Source: Centroscyllium fabricii (taxonomy: Eukaryota). Taken from it: 64,000 nt of DNA. A program made the translations under genes and the position numbers. The notes under the pieces are model-generated. The model searched no databases and was not told the origin of the DNA. It worked only from the letters and a program-made list of their open reading frames with translations. The stretch covers positions 83,948,001 to 84,012,000 of the forward strand of contig JBNRSN020000017.1 of assembly GCA_051313645.2 (NCBI GenBank), written 5' to 3'. Of the stretch, positions 37,090 to 48,506 are shown in pieces (the stretch's first letter is position 1; each line of letters opens with the position of its first letter).

Positions 37090-39460
37090 TGTGCCTGTCA
37101 CCACAGCACCAACCGCTGTACATAGCCTTCTTTGATCTCACAAAGGCCTTCGATACTGTTAACCATGAGGGATTATGGAGTGTCCTCCTCAAATTCAGCT
37201 GCCCTCAAAAGTTTGTCACCATCCTCCACCTGCTTCATGATGACATGCAAGCCGTAATCTTGACCAACGGTTCCACCACAGACCCAATTCACGTATGAAC
37301 CAGGGTCAAGCAAGGCTGTGTAATTGCTCCAACGCTCTTCTCGATCTTTCTGGCTGCAATGCTCCATCTCACCCTCAGTAAGCTCCCCACTGGAGTGGAT
37401 CTAATTTACAGAACAAATGGAAAACTATTCAACCTCCGTTGCCTCCAGTCCAGATCCAAGGTCATCCCATCCTCTGTCGTCGAATTACAGTATGCAGACG
37501 ACGCTTGTGTCTGCGCTCACTCGGTGGTCAAACTCCAAACCATCGTCAACACCTTCACCGAAGCATACGAGAGCATGGGCCTTACACTAAACATCTGTAA
37601 TACAAAGGTCCTTTACCAACCTGCCCCTGCCACACAGTACTGCCCCCCGATTATCAAAATCCATGACAAGGCCTTGGGCAACGTGGACCACTTTCCATAC
37701 ATAGAAACATAGAAGATAGGAGCAGGAGTAGGCCATTCGGCCCTTCGAGCCCGCTCCGCCATTTAATCAGATCATGGCTGATCTTTGGCTGATCTTTCAA
37801 GTTCAGTACCCTGTCTCCGCCTTCTCTCCGTAACCCTTAATCCCTTTAGGCTGAAGAAATGTATCCAATTCCCTCTTAAATATATTTAATGAACTGGCCT
37901 CCACTGCCCTCTGTGGCAAGGAATTCCACAGGCTCACCACTCTCTGGGTGAAGAAATTCTTCCTCATGTCTGTCCTAAATGGTTTACCCCTTATCCTTAG
38001 ACTGTGGCCCCTGGTTCTGGACTCCCCCGCCATTGGAAACATTCTTTCTGAATTTAACCTGTCCAGGCCTGTCAGAATTTTATATGTTTCTATGAGATCT
38101 CCTCTCAATCTTCTAAACTCCAGCGAGTACAAGCCCAAACTACACAATCTCTCCTCGTAGGTCATTCCTGCCATTCCAGGTATCATCCTGGTGAATCGCC
38201 GCTGCACTCCTTCCATGGCAAGAACATCCTTCCTCAGATGAGGCGACCAAAACTGTACACAATACTCAAGGTGTGGTCTCACCAGTGCCTTGTACAGCTG
38301 TAGTAAGGTATCCTTATTCCTATACTCGAACCCTCTTGATATGAAGGCCAACATACCATTTGCCTTCTTAACCGCCTGTTGCACCTGAATGCTCGCCCTC
38401 AGTGACTGGTGCACCAGAACACCCAGGTCTCTCTGCACTTCCCCATCTCCCAATCTATTGCCATTTAAATAATAATCTGCCCTCCTGTTTTTGCCCCCAA
38501 AGTGGATAACCTCACATTTATCCACATTATAGTGCATTTGCCATGTATCCGCCCATTCCCCCAACTTGTCCAAATCGCACTGGAGCTTCCTGACATCCTC
38601 TTCAGAGCCCACCCCCCCTCCTAGTTTAGTGTCGTCTGCAAATTTGGAGATGTTGCATCCAATTCCCTGGTCCAGATCATTAATATGCCTACTGTTAACA
38701 AGGGAAGACGTCGACGACGTCCAACACCGCCTTCAGTGTGCCAGTGCAGCCTTCGGTCACCTGAGGAAGAGAGTGTTTGAAGACCAGGACCTCAAACCCA
38801 GCACTAAGCTCATGGTCTACAGAGCAGCAATGATACCCGCCCTGCTGTATGCCTCAGAGACATGGACCAAGTACAGCAGGCACCTCAAAGCACTGGAGAG
38901 GTACCACCAATGCTGCCTCCACAAGATCCTGCAAATCCATTGGCAGGATAGGCGCACCAACATCAGTGTTATTGCTCAGGCCAGCATCGAAGCTTTGACC
39001 ATGCTCAATCAGCTCCGATGGATGGGTCACATTGTCCACATGCCCGATTTGAGACTCCCATAACAAGCGCTTTACTCGGAGCTCCGGCACGGCAAGAGAG
39101 CCCCAGATGGGCAGAGGAAATGCTTCAATGACACCTTCAAAGCCTCCTTGAAAAAGTGTAACATCCCCACCGACACCTGGGAATCCCTGGCCCAAGACGC
39201 ACAAAGTGGAGGAAAAGCATCCGGGACGGCGCCGAACACTTCGAGTCTCTTCGCCGGGAGCAAGCAGAAGCCAAGCGCAAGCAGCGCAAGGAGCGCACGT
39301 CAACCCAAGCACTCCACCCACCCGCCCCTTCAACCACCATATGCCCCACCCTGTGACAGAGACTGTAGGTCCTGCATTGGACTCATCAGTCACCTGCAAA
39401 ATCATTTTTAATGTGGAAGCAAGTCATCCTCGGTTCAGAGGGACTGCCTAAGAAGAAGGA
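37090..39460 (+). mobile_element. RTE-clade LINE fragment inserted in the Myb-gene intron
   Basis: LYIAFFDLTKAFDTVN, GVKQG-like segment, LQYADD, LLYASETW; tail GGGACTGCCTAAGAAGAAG. Confidence 0.9.
37699..38686 (-). mobile_element. CR1 LINE 3' fragment nested in RTE
   Basis: Open 269-aa ORF 37803-38612 with LVRPHLEYCVQFWSP; (CATAGAAA)n tail at 37699. Confidence 0.93.
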
Positions 39461-42441
39461 GAAGATTACTCTGCCCTCCCAAGTCTACTCCTGCACATCA
39501 CTCCTCACACCAACCTACCTTGCATGTCCACCCATCCCTCTCTGTCTTTGTACCTACTCACATTCCTATCTGACTAATCACCTCTGACACTCACCCTCAT
39601 CCCAATGCAATCATAGCAAGTAACACCACAGAAGTAGGCCATTTGGCAATGTCATACCACTCCCTCATATTCACCCTCTACAGATGTAACCCATCCATTC
39701 CTTATACACATTCCATCACTCTCACTCAAAGTTCTCTTCTTTCCCTCCTTGCAGGAGAAGAGAGCACACAACAATAGGGAGAGGCAGAGAACCGGAGGTG
39801 GCCCTCCATTCTTCAGTCATTTCACTCCAGCAGAGGAGGAGGCCCGAGAGATCTCTGGAGTTGCAGACATGCTGGCGGTGGGAGATGGAGAGAAGGGGAC
39901 CCTCCCAGCAATCTGGTGGCAAAATTACATCTCATACAGCCACGTGGCACACAGCAGTCACCCATATGGTGATTGATGTGTACAGCCAATTAAGTTTCAT
40001 CATGAGCATAATGTTAACGCAATCCATTCTTAATATACAACTTCTGAATCATCGCTTTACTCTCCCACAGGTCCATAAAGTGCCCCCTCCGCAACCCCTC
40101 ACTGTCCAGTCGCAGAAGGAAGAGGACTCCCCAGAGGAAGGTCCAACCTCTGAGGGTGCAGCCTCAGCAGACCCAAGCGACCTGAAACGTCAACTCTGTT
40201 TCTCTCTCCACCGATGCTGCCCGGGCCTGCTGAGTTTCTCCAGCGTTTTCTGTTGTTATTTTGGATTTCCAGCATCCACAGTATTTTGCGATCGCCAAGT
40301 GTACCTAGCATCAGCGCAGATACGCACACCTTGGTGGGTCCTGTGCAAGATAGAGTAGTGCTGTCATCCGGTGTCTCACACTGCACAAGTGAACAAGAGC
40401 AGGTGGTGTTGACAGGGACAGCAGTAGAGACTCCTCGTCGGAGGGTGCAGGACACTCGAAGCTCTGCTCAGCAGCATGCAAATGCTGAGCCTCAGGGGCC
40501 ATCGAGAAAGAGGGTGGTCTTGGAGGGGCAGCAACAATTGCATGAGGCTCTGGCAGCTTTTTGCAACTGTTATGTCTGCAAATGTACAGAAAATGGAGGA
40601 GTCCATCTCCAACATGAGCACTACCATCTCACAGGCGATGGCGACAGTGGTTTACGACGATATGCTCCTCCATGGAAAGGATGGCCGCCTGCATGGAGCA
40701 GCAAATGTGCCACTCACATGAGCACATGCTAGTTGTGGACAACAGATGGCAGACACTCATAGGCCTCATCCCAAGGGGGGATATAAATGTAGACTTGGGC
40801 ATTCCTCGCCCCACTGATGTGCAGCAAGGTTCTCTCCAGCTCCTTGCTAGCAGGGAAGTGCGGCTAGCCCATGAGAGGGATGATGGAGAGAGGGGACATG
40901 GAAGTGGGGGCTCCTCTCCACATTCTCCCACTTCTATGCCATTGCCTCCCCCTCAGTCAGAGCCCCACATGCTTCCACGGATACCAATGGCCGAGTCTGC
41001 CCCTGCACAGTTGCAGGAGCAGATGATTTTGGCGGGACCATCACAGGCTCCAAAACTCAGAGGACATCTGCCAAAAGGGTCTAACCAGTCGCAGCAGGGA
41101 AGTGAGCAGCATGCCTCTACCTCTGCTGAAGCTATAGGGGTTGGACCTCGTAGAAGCACTTGGAAAAGAAAAAAGACACAAAATGCACATGGGTGTATGA
41201 ACAAATGTTAGTGTTAAGTTTAAATTATTTTGATGGCACAGATAAATGTATTTCTTTGCACCACTTTCCGGTTTTGTCCATTTTTGTCTGCTACCTTGGA
41301 AGTAGCTTTGTCACTTGGAGTGAATGATGAGACATCACTTGACTTGGTCACTGTAGGGATGCTTTATGGTGTTGTTGTGGGGGGAAATTAGTACAGCATG
41401 TGGCAGCCATATCGGTGCATTGAAGCAAGTTAAGTAAATCTGGCCATGATGAGGCCACCCCGGGTCTCCCGGGCAGCAATGTGCGCCACTGTTGGTCCCA
41501 TCTCCGCCTCAGGTTCCTCCTCATCTTCCACCTGCTTCTCCTCCTCCTCCTCTGAAGAGGCTGCGTGCTCTGTGCCTTGGTCCTCCTGCAGCTCCAATCC
41601 TCGCTGCTGCGTTATGTTGTGCAGCACGCAGCAAACAATGATTCTGGAGACCCTGGTGTGTACTGAAGGGCTCCTCCAGATCTGTCAAGGTATCTGAAGC
41701 ACATCTTCAGCAAGCCTATTGCTTGCTCCATGACACATCTGGTAGACATGTGAATTCTCATTAGAATGCTCCTCAGCCTCAGTACTTGGCGTCCTCAAGG
41801 GTATAATGAGCCACGTCTTCAGTTGATAGCCCTTGCCTCCAAGCAACCAGCTGGTAAGTCTGTTTGAAGGTGTGAAGAGCTGAGGGAGGGTGGACTGGCA
41901 CAGCATGAAAGAGTCATGACAGCTGCCAGGGACTCTGGTGCATACATGCATGATCATCTTTTTATGGTTGCAGACAAGCTGCACATTGAGGGAGTGGAAA
42001 CCTTTGCGGTTCACAAACACTCCTGATGGCCACATGTGTGCAGTCGATGATGCCCTGCACCTGTGGGAAACCAGCCAGAGCTGTACAGCCGAGCGCTCGC
42101 TCAGTAACACTGGCTTCATCAGTGGCACAGTTGACATAATTGGCTGACTTGTCAAACAGGGCATCGGTCACCTGGGTGCGGCATCCGTGGGTGGCCTACT
42201 GCGAGATCCTGCAAATGTCTGCTGCAGATCCCTGGAAGAAGCCTGAGGCAAAGAAGTTGAGGGCGGTGGTGACTTTGATAAGTCATGCCCACCAGGTCCT
42301 CTGGGCAGCAAGTCTTGTTCCAGCAAGCTACAAATGTCTGCGATGACCTGGCGCGATAACCTGAGTCTCCTGAAGTACTGCTGCTCAGTCATGTTGAGGA
42401 AGCTCATCCTTTGCCTGTATACCTTGTGTTGGGGCTATTAC

Positions 42442-45400
42442 TGTAACCGTCAATAACGTCTTCGGAGTCGAATAGTTGGTTATAATAATCAGGCTTTTAT
42501 TAACTTCGTTGGAGATACACAACCGAGCTGACTGTCCCCAGAATGGCGCGGGGGATGGGGACAGTCCTTTATGTACCTCCTCCGGCGGGGGAGGAGTCAT
42601 GGGCGGTGCCAGGTATCATACAGGTGTTACATGGTATTACAGTGCTATACAGGTGTTACATGGTATTACAGTGATATACAGTTTATCACATTCACCCCTT
42701 CTTTAAAAACTAAAGTACGGTGGGGTGAACAACTCGCGGGGGGGTACAAAAAGGGAAAAGAAAAACAACTAATTACACTGTGCTAAATAACGAAATATAT
42801 ACAATTAACGTTCTTTTGACTATATGTTCAGTCTTTCAGGCGGTTTCGTCGTCCGCGCTGATCTTCGTAGCGCTGGTGGTGCCTGTGGTGTTCGTTGTCG
42901 TTGAGTGGCTCGCCGTGCTGGCAGTGCCTGTGGTGTTCGTTGTCGTGGGGTGGCTGGTTGCGTCGTTTGTTCCTTTTCTGCTGGTTGGCCGGTGGTGGTT
43001 ATGTCACTTCCGGGTGGCGGTGATGCCCTTATTTCGACAGCAGGGGGCGCGCTCTCCCTTTCGTCCTCTGGCTCTGGGGGGAGCGCATTGTGGATCCAGG
43101 CTTGGGGCTGGGTCGTGCTGCGCGCAGGTGCCTTGTGGACATACTGGGGTACTGGGCCCACGTGGCGGAGCTCGTACTTCGGCTTCGGTGGCTCGGGGGG
43201 GGTCACTGGGGGTTTTGGGAGCTCGGGCTGCCTGGCTGGGCTGGTTTTGGGGATCCCTGCTGGGGCTAGGTCCTTTATGGACACGGTGTCCTCCCTCCCG
43301 TTGGGGTACGCTATGTACGCGTACTGGGGATTGGCGTGCAGGAGGTGGACCCGTTCGACTAGGGGGTCTGCTTTGTGTCCCCTCACATGCTTCCGCAGCA
43401 GAACCGGTCCCGGAGATAGCAGCCACGATGGTAGCGAGGTCCCGGAAGCTGACTTCCTGGGGAAGGCAAAAAGTCTTTCGTGAGGGGTGGTGTTAGTGGC
43501 AGTACACAATAGGGACCGGATAGAGTGGAGTGCTTCAGGGAGAACGTCCTGCCATCGGGTGACTGGGAGGTCTTTTGACTTTAGGGCTAACTGGATGGCC
43601 TTCCAAACCGTGGCGTTCTCTCTCTCTACCTGCCCGTTCCCCCGGGGGTTGTAGCTGGTGGTCCTGCTGGTTGCAATACCTTTCGCCAGCAGGTACTGAC
43701 GCAGCTCGTCGCTCATAAAAGAGGCCCCCCGGTCACTGTGGATATAGTTCGGGTACCCGAACAGGGAGAAGATGCTACTGAGGGCTTTGATAACAGTGGC
43801 GGAGGTCATGTCCTGGCAGGGGATGGCGAAAGGGAAACGGGAGTACTCATCTATAACGTTGAGGAAATAGACGTTCCTGTTGGCTGAGGGAAGGGGCCCT
43901 TTAAAATCGACACTGAGTCGTTCAAAGGGGCGAGTGGCCTTGATTAGGTGCGCCCGGTCTGGCCGGTAGAAGTGCGGCTTGCACTCCGCGCAGACCTGGC
44001 AGTTGCTAGTCATGGTCTTGACTTCTTCGATGGAGTAGGGGAGGTTGCGGGACTTCACGAAGTGAACCAACCTAGTGACCCCCGGGTGGCAGAGGTCGTT
44101 GTGAAGGGTTTGGAGACGGTCAGCCTGTGCGCTGGCACAGGTACCGCGGGATAGGGCATCTGGGGGTTCGTTAAATTTCCCGGGCCGATACAAAATATCA
44201 TAATTGAACGCTGATAGTTCAATTCTCCACCTTAATATTTTGTCGTTCTTAATCTTACCCCGCTCTTTGTTGTTGAACATAAAAGCGACTGAGCGTTGGT
44301 CAGTCAACAGGGTAAAACGCTTTCCGGCCAGGTAGTGCTTCCAGTGCCGCACTGCTTCAACAATTGCTTGGGCCTCCTTTTCGATTGAGGAATGGCGGGT
44401 TTCTGGGCCTTGGAGGGTACGTGAAAAGAAGGCCACGGGTCTGCCCGCCTGGTTAAGGGTGGCGGCCAGTGCAAAGTCAGATGCATCACTTTCCACTTGG
44501 AATGGGACGGACTCATCCACAGCGTGCATCGTGGCTTTGGCTATGTCCTTTTTTATTCCGCAGAATGCCGAGTTGGCTTCTGCAGAAAGTGGGAAAGAGG
44601 TTGATTTTAATAGTGGGCGAGCTTTGTCCGCATAATTGGGGACCCACTGGGCATAATAAGCAAAAAATCCCAAAATCCGTTTAAGAGATTTGGGGGAGTG
44701 GGGGAGGGGAAGCTCCATGAGGGGGCGCATGCGGTCCGGGTCTGGACCGATGACTCCATTTTCCACCACGTTGCCGAGGATGGCGAGGCGACCGGTGTTA
44801 AACACACATTTCTCCTTATTATACGTGAGGTTCAGGGTTTTGGCGGTGTGGAGAAATTTTTGGAGATTGGCGTCATGGTCCTGCTGGTCATGGCCGCAGA
44901 TGGTCACATTATCGAGGTACGGGAAGGTCGCTCGCAGCCTGTACCGATCGACCATTCGGTCCATCTCCCTTTGGAAGACCGAGACCCCGTTCGTGACTCC
45001 GAACGGCACCCTAAGGAAGTGGTAGAGGCGGCCGTCAGCCTCGAAAGCAGTATAGAGACGGTCCTGTGAGCGGATGGGGAGCTGGTGATAAGCAGATTTT
45101 AAATCGATGGTTGAGAACACTTTAAATTGGGCGATTTGGTTTACCATGTCCGCTATCCGGGGGAGGGGGTAGGCATCTAGTTGGGTGAACCGGTTTATGG
45201 TCTGGCTGTAATCCACTACCATCCTATTCTTTTCCCCGGTTTTCACCACGACTACCTGTGCTCTCCAGGGGCTGTTGCTAGCCTCTATGACCCCTTCTTT
45301 TAGGAGGCGCTGCACCTCAGATTTTATAAATGCCCTGTCCCCAGCACTGTAGCGCCTACTCTTGGTGGCGACGGGCTTACAGTCTGGGGTGAGGTTAGCA

Positions 45401-47122
45401 AAAAGGGATGGAGGGGTAACCTTAAGGGTTGAGAGACCGCAGGTAGTATACTGGGGGTTCCGCTTTGAGTCGCGGTTTGTGACCGTGAGGGGAGGGAGGG
45501 GTCCACCGAAAGCCATCGTAACGCTCTGAAGGTGGCACTGGAAATCCAGTCCCAGGAGTAGGGGGGCGCAGAGCTGCGGCAGCACGTAAAAACTAAACTT
45601 GTTAAAGATAGCCCCCTTTACGTTTAGCGTTACACTACAGCGCCCGGTGACATCAGCGGATTCCGATTTTGACGCCATAGATATTCTCTGGCGCGCAGGG
45701 ATTACTTTAAGGGAGAGGCGCTTAACAGTATTCTGATGTACAAAACTTACTGTGCTCCCGCTGTCGAACAGGCACACCACCTCTTCACCGTTAACTTCCA
45801 CCGGCATCATTGATCTCCCCAGTGGCTGGATTGTCTTCTGATCTAGGCTCATAGATGCTAGTACTGGGTCCTCCCCAAAATCTTGATCCGGAGAGTAGTT
45901 ATCTCGGTCTGGATAGTAGTGATTTTGATCCGGGGAGTAGTCCTCCAGGTCAGTTTCCTGGGATGGCTGCCTCCATGTGCTCTGCTGTTGGGTGGGGGAT
46001 GGGTGCTGCTGCAGCCTTGAGCTTGAGTGCTGCTGGTTGGGGGATGGGCGAGGCCGATTTTGCAGCTCCCTTGTTCCACAGGCAGCACTGTCCAGTCTTG
46101 GTTTAACATATGGGCCTTTGCAGACCTTTGCATAGTGCCCCTTTTTGTCGCACTTGGAGCAGATTGCTTCTCTGGCGGGGCAGCTACGTCTTTGATGCTG
46201 TGGTTGTCCACAGAAGTAACATTTCGCTTTAGCGTGGGCCGCTGTGAGAAGTTCCTCTGACGGTCTCTGCCCCCGCACTGTCCAAGATTGCGGGGCTGGG
46301 CCCGTATAGTTAGTAGAATACGATGATAAATCTGTAGAGGCGCTGTCTAGCGCGTGTCCCAAATCGACAGTGGCCTGTAAGTCCTGGCCATTTTGTTCTA
46401 ATAGTCTTTGCCTAGCATAGTCCGATTTTAGGCCTGTTACATAGGCATCCCTGATGAGACTCTCCATATGTACTAGGGCCGTTTGTGCTCTGCAGTCACA
46501 GTCCCGTGCCAGGGTTCTGAGGGCTCTTAGGAACTGCACACTTGATTCGTTGTCCTGCTGTTTTCGGGTGGCCAGTATGTGTCTCGCGTGGACTCTGTTT
46601 GGCGCCCGATTGTATTCCCCGTCGAGGGTCCTGAGGGCTTCGTTAAATGATGAGGCGTCCACGATCATCGAGTATACTTGCGGGCCCACCCGGGCGTGGA
46701 GGAGCCGTCGTTTTTGCTCCTCGGTCATTATGTCCGTTGCGTTGGCTCTAATGTATCCTTCCAATACATTTCGCCAGTGTGAGAAGGCATTGGATGCTCC
46801 AGGAGATCGGGGGTCAACCTCGAACACTGATGGTTTCAACATTGCAGTATCCATTTCAAGAAGTTAATAAAATTGTAACCGTCAATAACGTCTTCGGAGT
46901 CGAATAGTTGGTTATAATAATCAGGCTTTTATTAACTTCGTTGGAGATACACAACCGAGCTGACTGTCCCCAGAATGGCGCGGGGGATGGGGACAGTCCT
47001 TTATGTACCTCCTCCGGCGGGGGAGGAGTCATGGGCGGTGCCAGGTATCATACAGGTGTTACATGGTATTACAGTGCTATACAGGTGTTACATGGTATTA
47101 CAGTGATATACAGTTTATCACA
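42442..47122 (-). mobile_element. Full-length intact Ty3/Gypsy LTR retrotransposon (Mag-like double CCHC gag)
   Basis: 249-bp LTRs at 42442-42690 and 46874-47122, identical by eye, TG...CA; TSD ATTAC; PPT AAAGAAGGGGTGAA next to the 3' LTR; no TGG-initiated tRNA PBS. Confidence 0.97.
42820..46854 (-). CDS. Gag-Pol polyprotein (gag 2xCCHC, protease, RT, RNase H, integrase), 1344 aa
   Basis: CYFCGQPQHQRRSC and CSKCDKKGHYAKVC; LFDSGS; IDLKSAYHQ, PFGVTN, YLDN; ESDAS, LTDQRS; H-H-C-C zinc finger, VDFKGP, HSDRG, NGQVER. Confidence 0.97.
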   Translation of the reverse strand: MDTAMLKPSVFEVDPRSPGASNAFSHWRNVLEGYIRANATDIMTEEQKRRLLHARVGPQVYSMIVDASSFNEALRTLDGEYNRAPNRVHARHILATRKQQDNESSVQFLRALRTLARDCDCRAQTALVHMESLIRDAYVTGLKSDYARQRLLEQNGQDLQATVDLGHALDSASTDLSSYSTNYTGPAPQSWTVRGQRPSEELLTAAHAKAKCYFCGQPQHQRRSCPAREAICSKCDKKGHYAKVCKGPYVKPRLDSAACGTRELQNRPRPSPNQQHSSSRLQQHPSPTQQQSTWRQPSQETDLEDYSPDQNHYYPDRDNYSPDQDFGEDPVLASMSLDQKTIQPLGRSMMPVEVNGEEVVCLFDSGSTVSFVHQNTVKRLSLKVIPARQRISMASKSESADVTGRCSVTLNVKGAIFNKFSFYVLPQLCAPLLLGLDFQCHLQSVTMAFGGPLPPLTVTNRDSKRNPQYTTCGLSTLKVTPPSLFANLTPDCKPVATKSRRYSAGDRAFIKSEVQRLLKEGVIEASNSPWRAQVVVVKTGEKNRMVVDYSQTINRFTQLDAYPLPRIADMVNQIAQFKVFSTIDLKSAYHQLPIRSQDRLYTAFEADGRLYHFLRVPFGVTNGVSVFQREMDRMVDRYRLRATFPYLDNVTICGHDQQDHDANLQKFLHTAKTLNLTYNKEKCVFNTGRLAILGNVVENGVIGPDPDRMRPLMELPLPHSPKSLKRILGFFAYYAQWVPNYADKARPLLKSTSFPLSAEANSAFCGIKKDIAKATMHAVDESVPFQVESDASDFALAATLNQAGRPVAFFSRTLQGPETRHSSIEKEAQAIVEAVRHWKHYLAGKRFTLLTDQRSVAFMFNNKERGKIKNDKILRWRIELSAFNYDILYRPGKFNEPPDALSRGTCASAQADRLQTLHNDLCHPGVTRLVHFVKSRNLPYSIEEVKTMTSNCQVCAECKPHFYRPDRAHLIKATRPFERLSVDFKGPLPSANRNVYFLNVIDEYSRFPFAIPCQDMTSATVIKALSSIFSLFGYPNYIHSDRGASFMSDELRQYLLAKGIATSRTTSYNPRGNGQVERENATVWKAIQLALKSKDLPVTRWQDVLPEALHSIRSLLCTATNTTPHERLFAFPRKSASGTSLPSWLLSPGPVLLRKHVRGHKADPLVERVHLLHANPQYAYIAYPNGREDTVSIKDLAPAGIPKTSPARQPELPKPPVTPPEPPKPKYELRHVGPVPQYVHKAPARSTTQPQAWIHNALPPEPEDERESAPPAVEIRASPPPGSDITTTGQPAEKEQTTQPATPRQRTPQALPARRATQRQRTPQAPPALRRSARTTKPPERLNI

Positions 47123-47154
47123 ATTACCTCCAGCACACTGCAGCCCTGTGCTGA

Positions 47155-47492
47155 TCCCCTCTCTCGGAACAAGGCCCGCTCCATCATCCTGGACTCCAAT
47201 CACCCTGGGCACGATCTGTTCTCCCTCCTGTGGTCTGGCCGTCGGTACTGCAGCATCCGAACCAGGACCAGTAGGTTCTAAAACAGTTTCTACCCACAGG
47301 CAGTGCGCCTACTTAACTGCTAACTGCACTCATTACTTATTTGTTTATTTGCTTATTATTTTTTCTATATTTATACTTTTTTTTTTTACTTTTTGCTTTT
47401 CTACATTTATAATTGTGGGAGTGAATGTGGAGTAAGCATTCCATTGTACGAGTTACAGATGGCAATAAAATTATCTTGAATCTTGAATCTTG
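47155..47492 (+). mobile_element. Rex1/Babar 3' fragment
   Basis: KARSIILDSNHPGHDLFSLLWSGRRYCSIRTRTSRF; (TCTTGAA)n tail. Confidence 0.85.
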
Positions 47493-47683
47493 TGGATCTT
47501 CAGGTCATTGAGGAGAAGGTTGCTGTTGTTGTGGCTACTGCTGCTGCTGGAGTGGCTAATGTTGGTGGTGCTGGAGCTCATCTTGGTCCAATTCTGTGGT
47601 CCAAGGTAAGAGAGCATAAGCGGCACCCATGCTAATGTAACAGATCTTGTTCGCTGCGGCGATTTCCAGTAAAGAAAATCACT

Positions 47684-48026
47684 TAAAAAAATAAATCATT
47701 CTGTGTGTTTTCACACAGACACAAGACTGCAACATTTGACCCTTTGTGACTATACCTCATTGATCTCAGACTGGTGCCTGATTAATATGTTAAAATATGT
47801 TAAAACACCTTTGTCTGCTCTGTATGTCTCTGCTGAAGTGTGATATTGGAGATTAGACTGCTCTCTCCCTTGTATATATGCTGTCTTTAAATGAACTTGT
47901 CTTTCGCCTGAGGAAGGAGCAGCGCTCTGAAAGCTTGTGATTTCAAATAAAACTGTTGGACTATAATCTGGTGTTGTGTGACTTCTTGCATTTGTCCACC
48001 CCAGTCCAACACCGGCACCTCCACAT
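47684..48026 (+). mobile_element. Penelope-like element 3' end
   Basis: Reverse-complement homologue of 34426-34540 and 35395-35590; hammerhead core at 47903-47940. Confidence 0.75.
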
Positions 48027-48469
48027 CAATGTAACAGATGACAGGTAAAATGGAGATCAGAGGGCCAATCTGTCAATGTTCTGATAGTGATTGGCAATGT
48101 GGTGAGAGTGGCTTCCGAGGTTGCAGAAATGACCTGCAAACTCCTGACAGCTAAATCTCTGCACAAAATGGAGTCAGCAAGAGCCTTTCCATTAGGCAAG
48201 TAAGCAGGTGTAAGGTGCGAGTATTTGTGTTTTTCCCTGCTGTCACTTAATGGACTCACACAATGGCCACTGAGCTTCCGCCTCCCCTTCACAGGCAGGG
48301 TTCCGGAGGGGCGTGAACCCCGTGCTCAAGAAGCTAAAGCCAAAAGCTGCTGTTAAAAAGCCTCTGAAGGGTCTGTCAACAAGCAGCTAATTACTTCAAT
48401 GAGGTCATGATGTGGAGGTGCCGGTGTTGGACTGGGGTGGACAAATGCAACAAGTCACACAACACCAGG

Positions 48470-48506
48470 TTACCTGAGGAAGGAGCAGCGCTCCGAAAGC
48501 TTGTGA
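48470..48506 (+). ncRNA. Minimal type I hammerhead ribozyme in a Penelope-like terminal repeat (48406-48556)
   Basis: TTAC-CTGAGGA-AGGAGC AGC GCTCC-GAAA-GC-TT-GTGA: intact CUGANGA/GAAA core, stem II, palindromic AAGCTT stem III. Confidence 0.7.

Larger units (their letters stand above)
36818..41211 (+). pseudogene. Harbinger Myb/SANT (trihelix) DNA-binding gene, spliced, disrupted
   Basis: Exon 36818-37056 MDGQRHKAAPKL...AWLQIAGEVN...(frameshift)IQCHKRFSDL with donor GTGAGT. Exon from 39755 EKRAHNNRERQRTGGGPP. Low-complexity last exon from ~40071. Confidence 0.8.
41430..47630 (-). pseudogene. Harbinger DDE transposase, interrupted by the Gypsy and a Rex1 fragment
   Basis: ATG at 47630, Gln-rich N-terminus, then across the insertions [65 protein letters not shown] and an acidic tail. 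Contains stops and frameshifts. Confidence 0.9.

Noticed and set aside
41430-42410. Domesticated HARBI1-like host gene
   Set aside because: Multiple stops and frameshifts, interruption by a Gypsy, and pairing with a Myb gene as in a transposon.
42780-43496. Antisense hydrophobic 238-aa ORF as an env-like gene
   Set aside because: It is the reverse complement of the Pro/Thr/Gln-rich integrase tail and has no env features.
34426-48026. Long inverted repeats (35395-35590 vs 47684-47880) as termini of a 13-kb giant transposon
   Set aside because: Both are 3' ends of one Penelope-like family truncated at different points; the right copy lies inside the Harbinger and there is no shared TSD.
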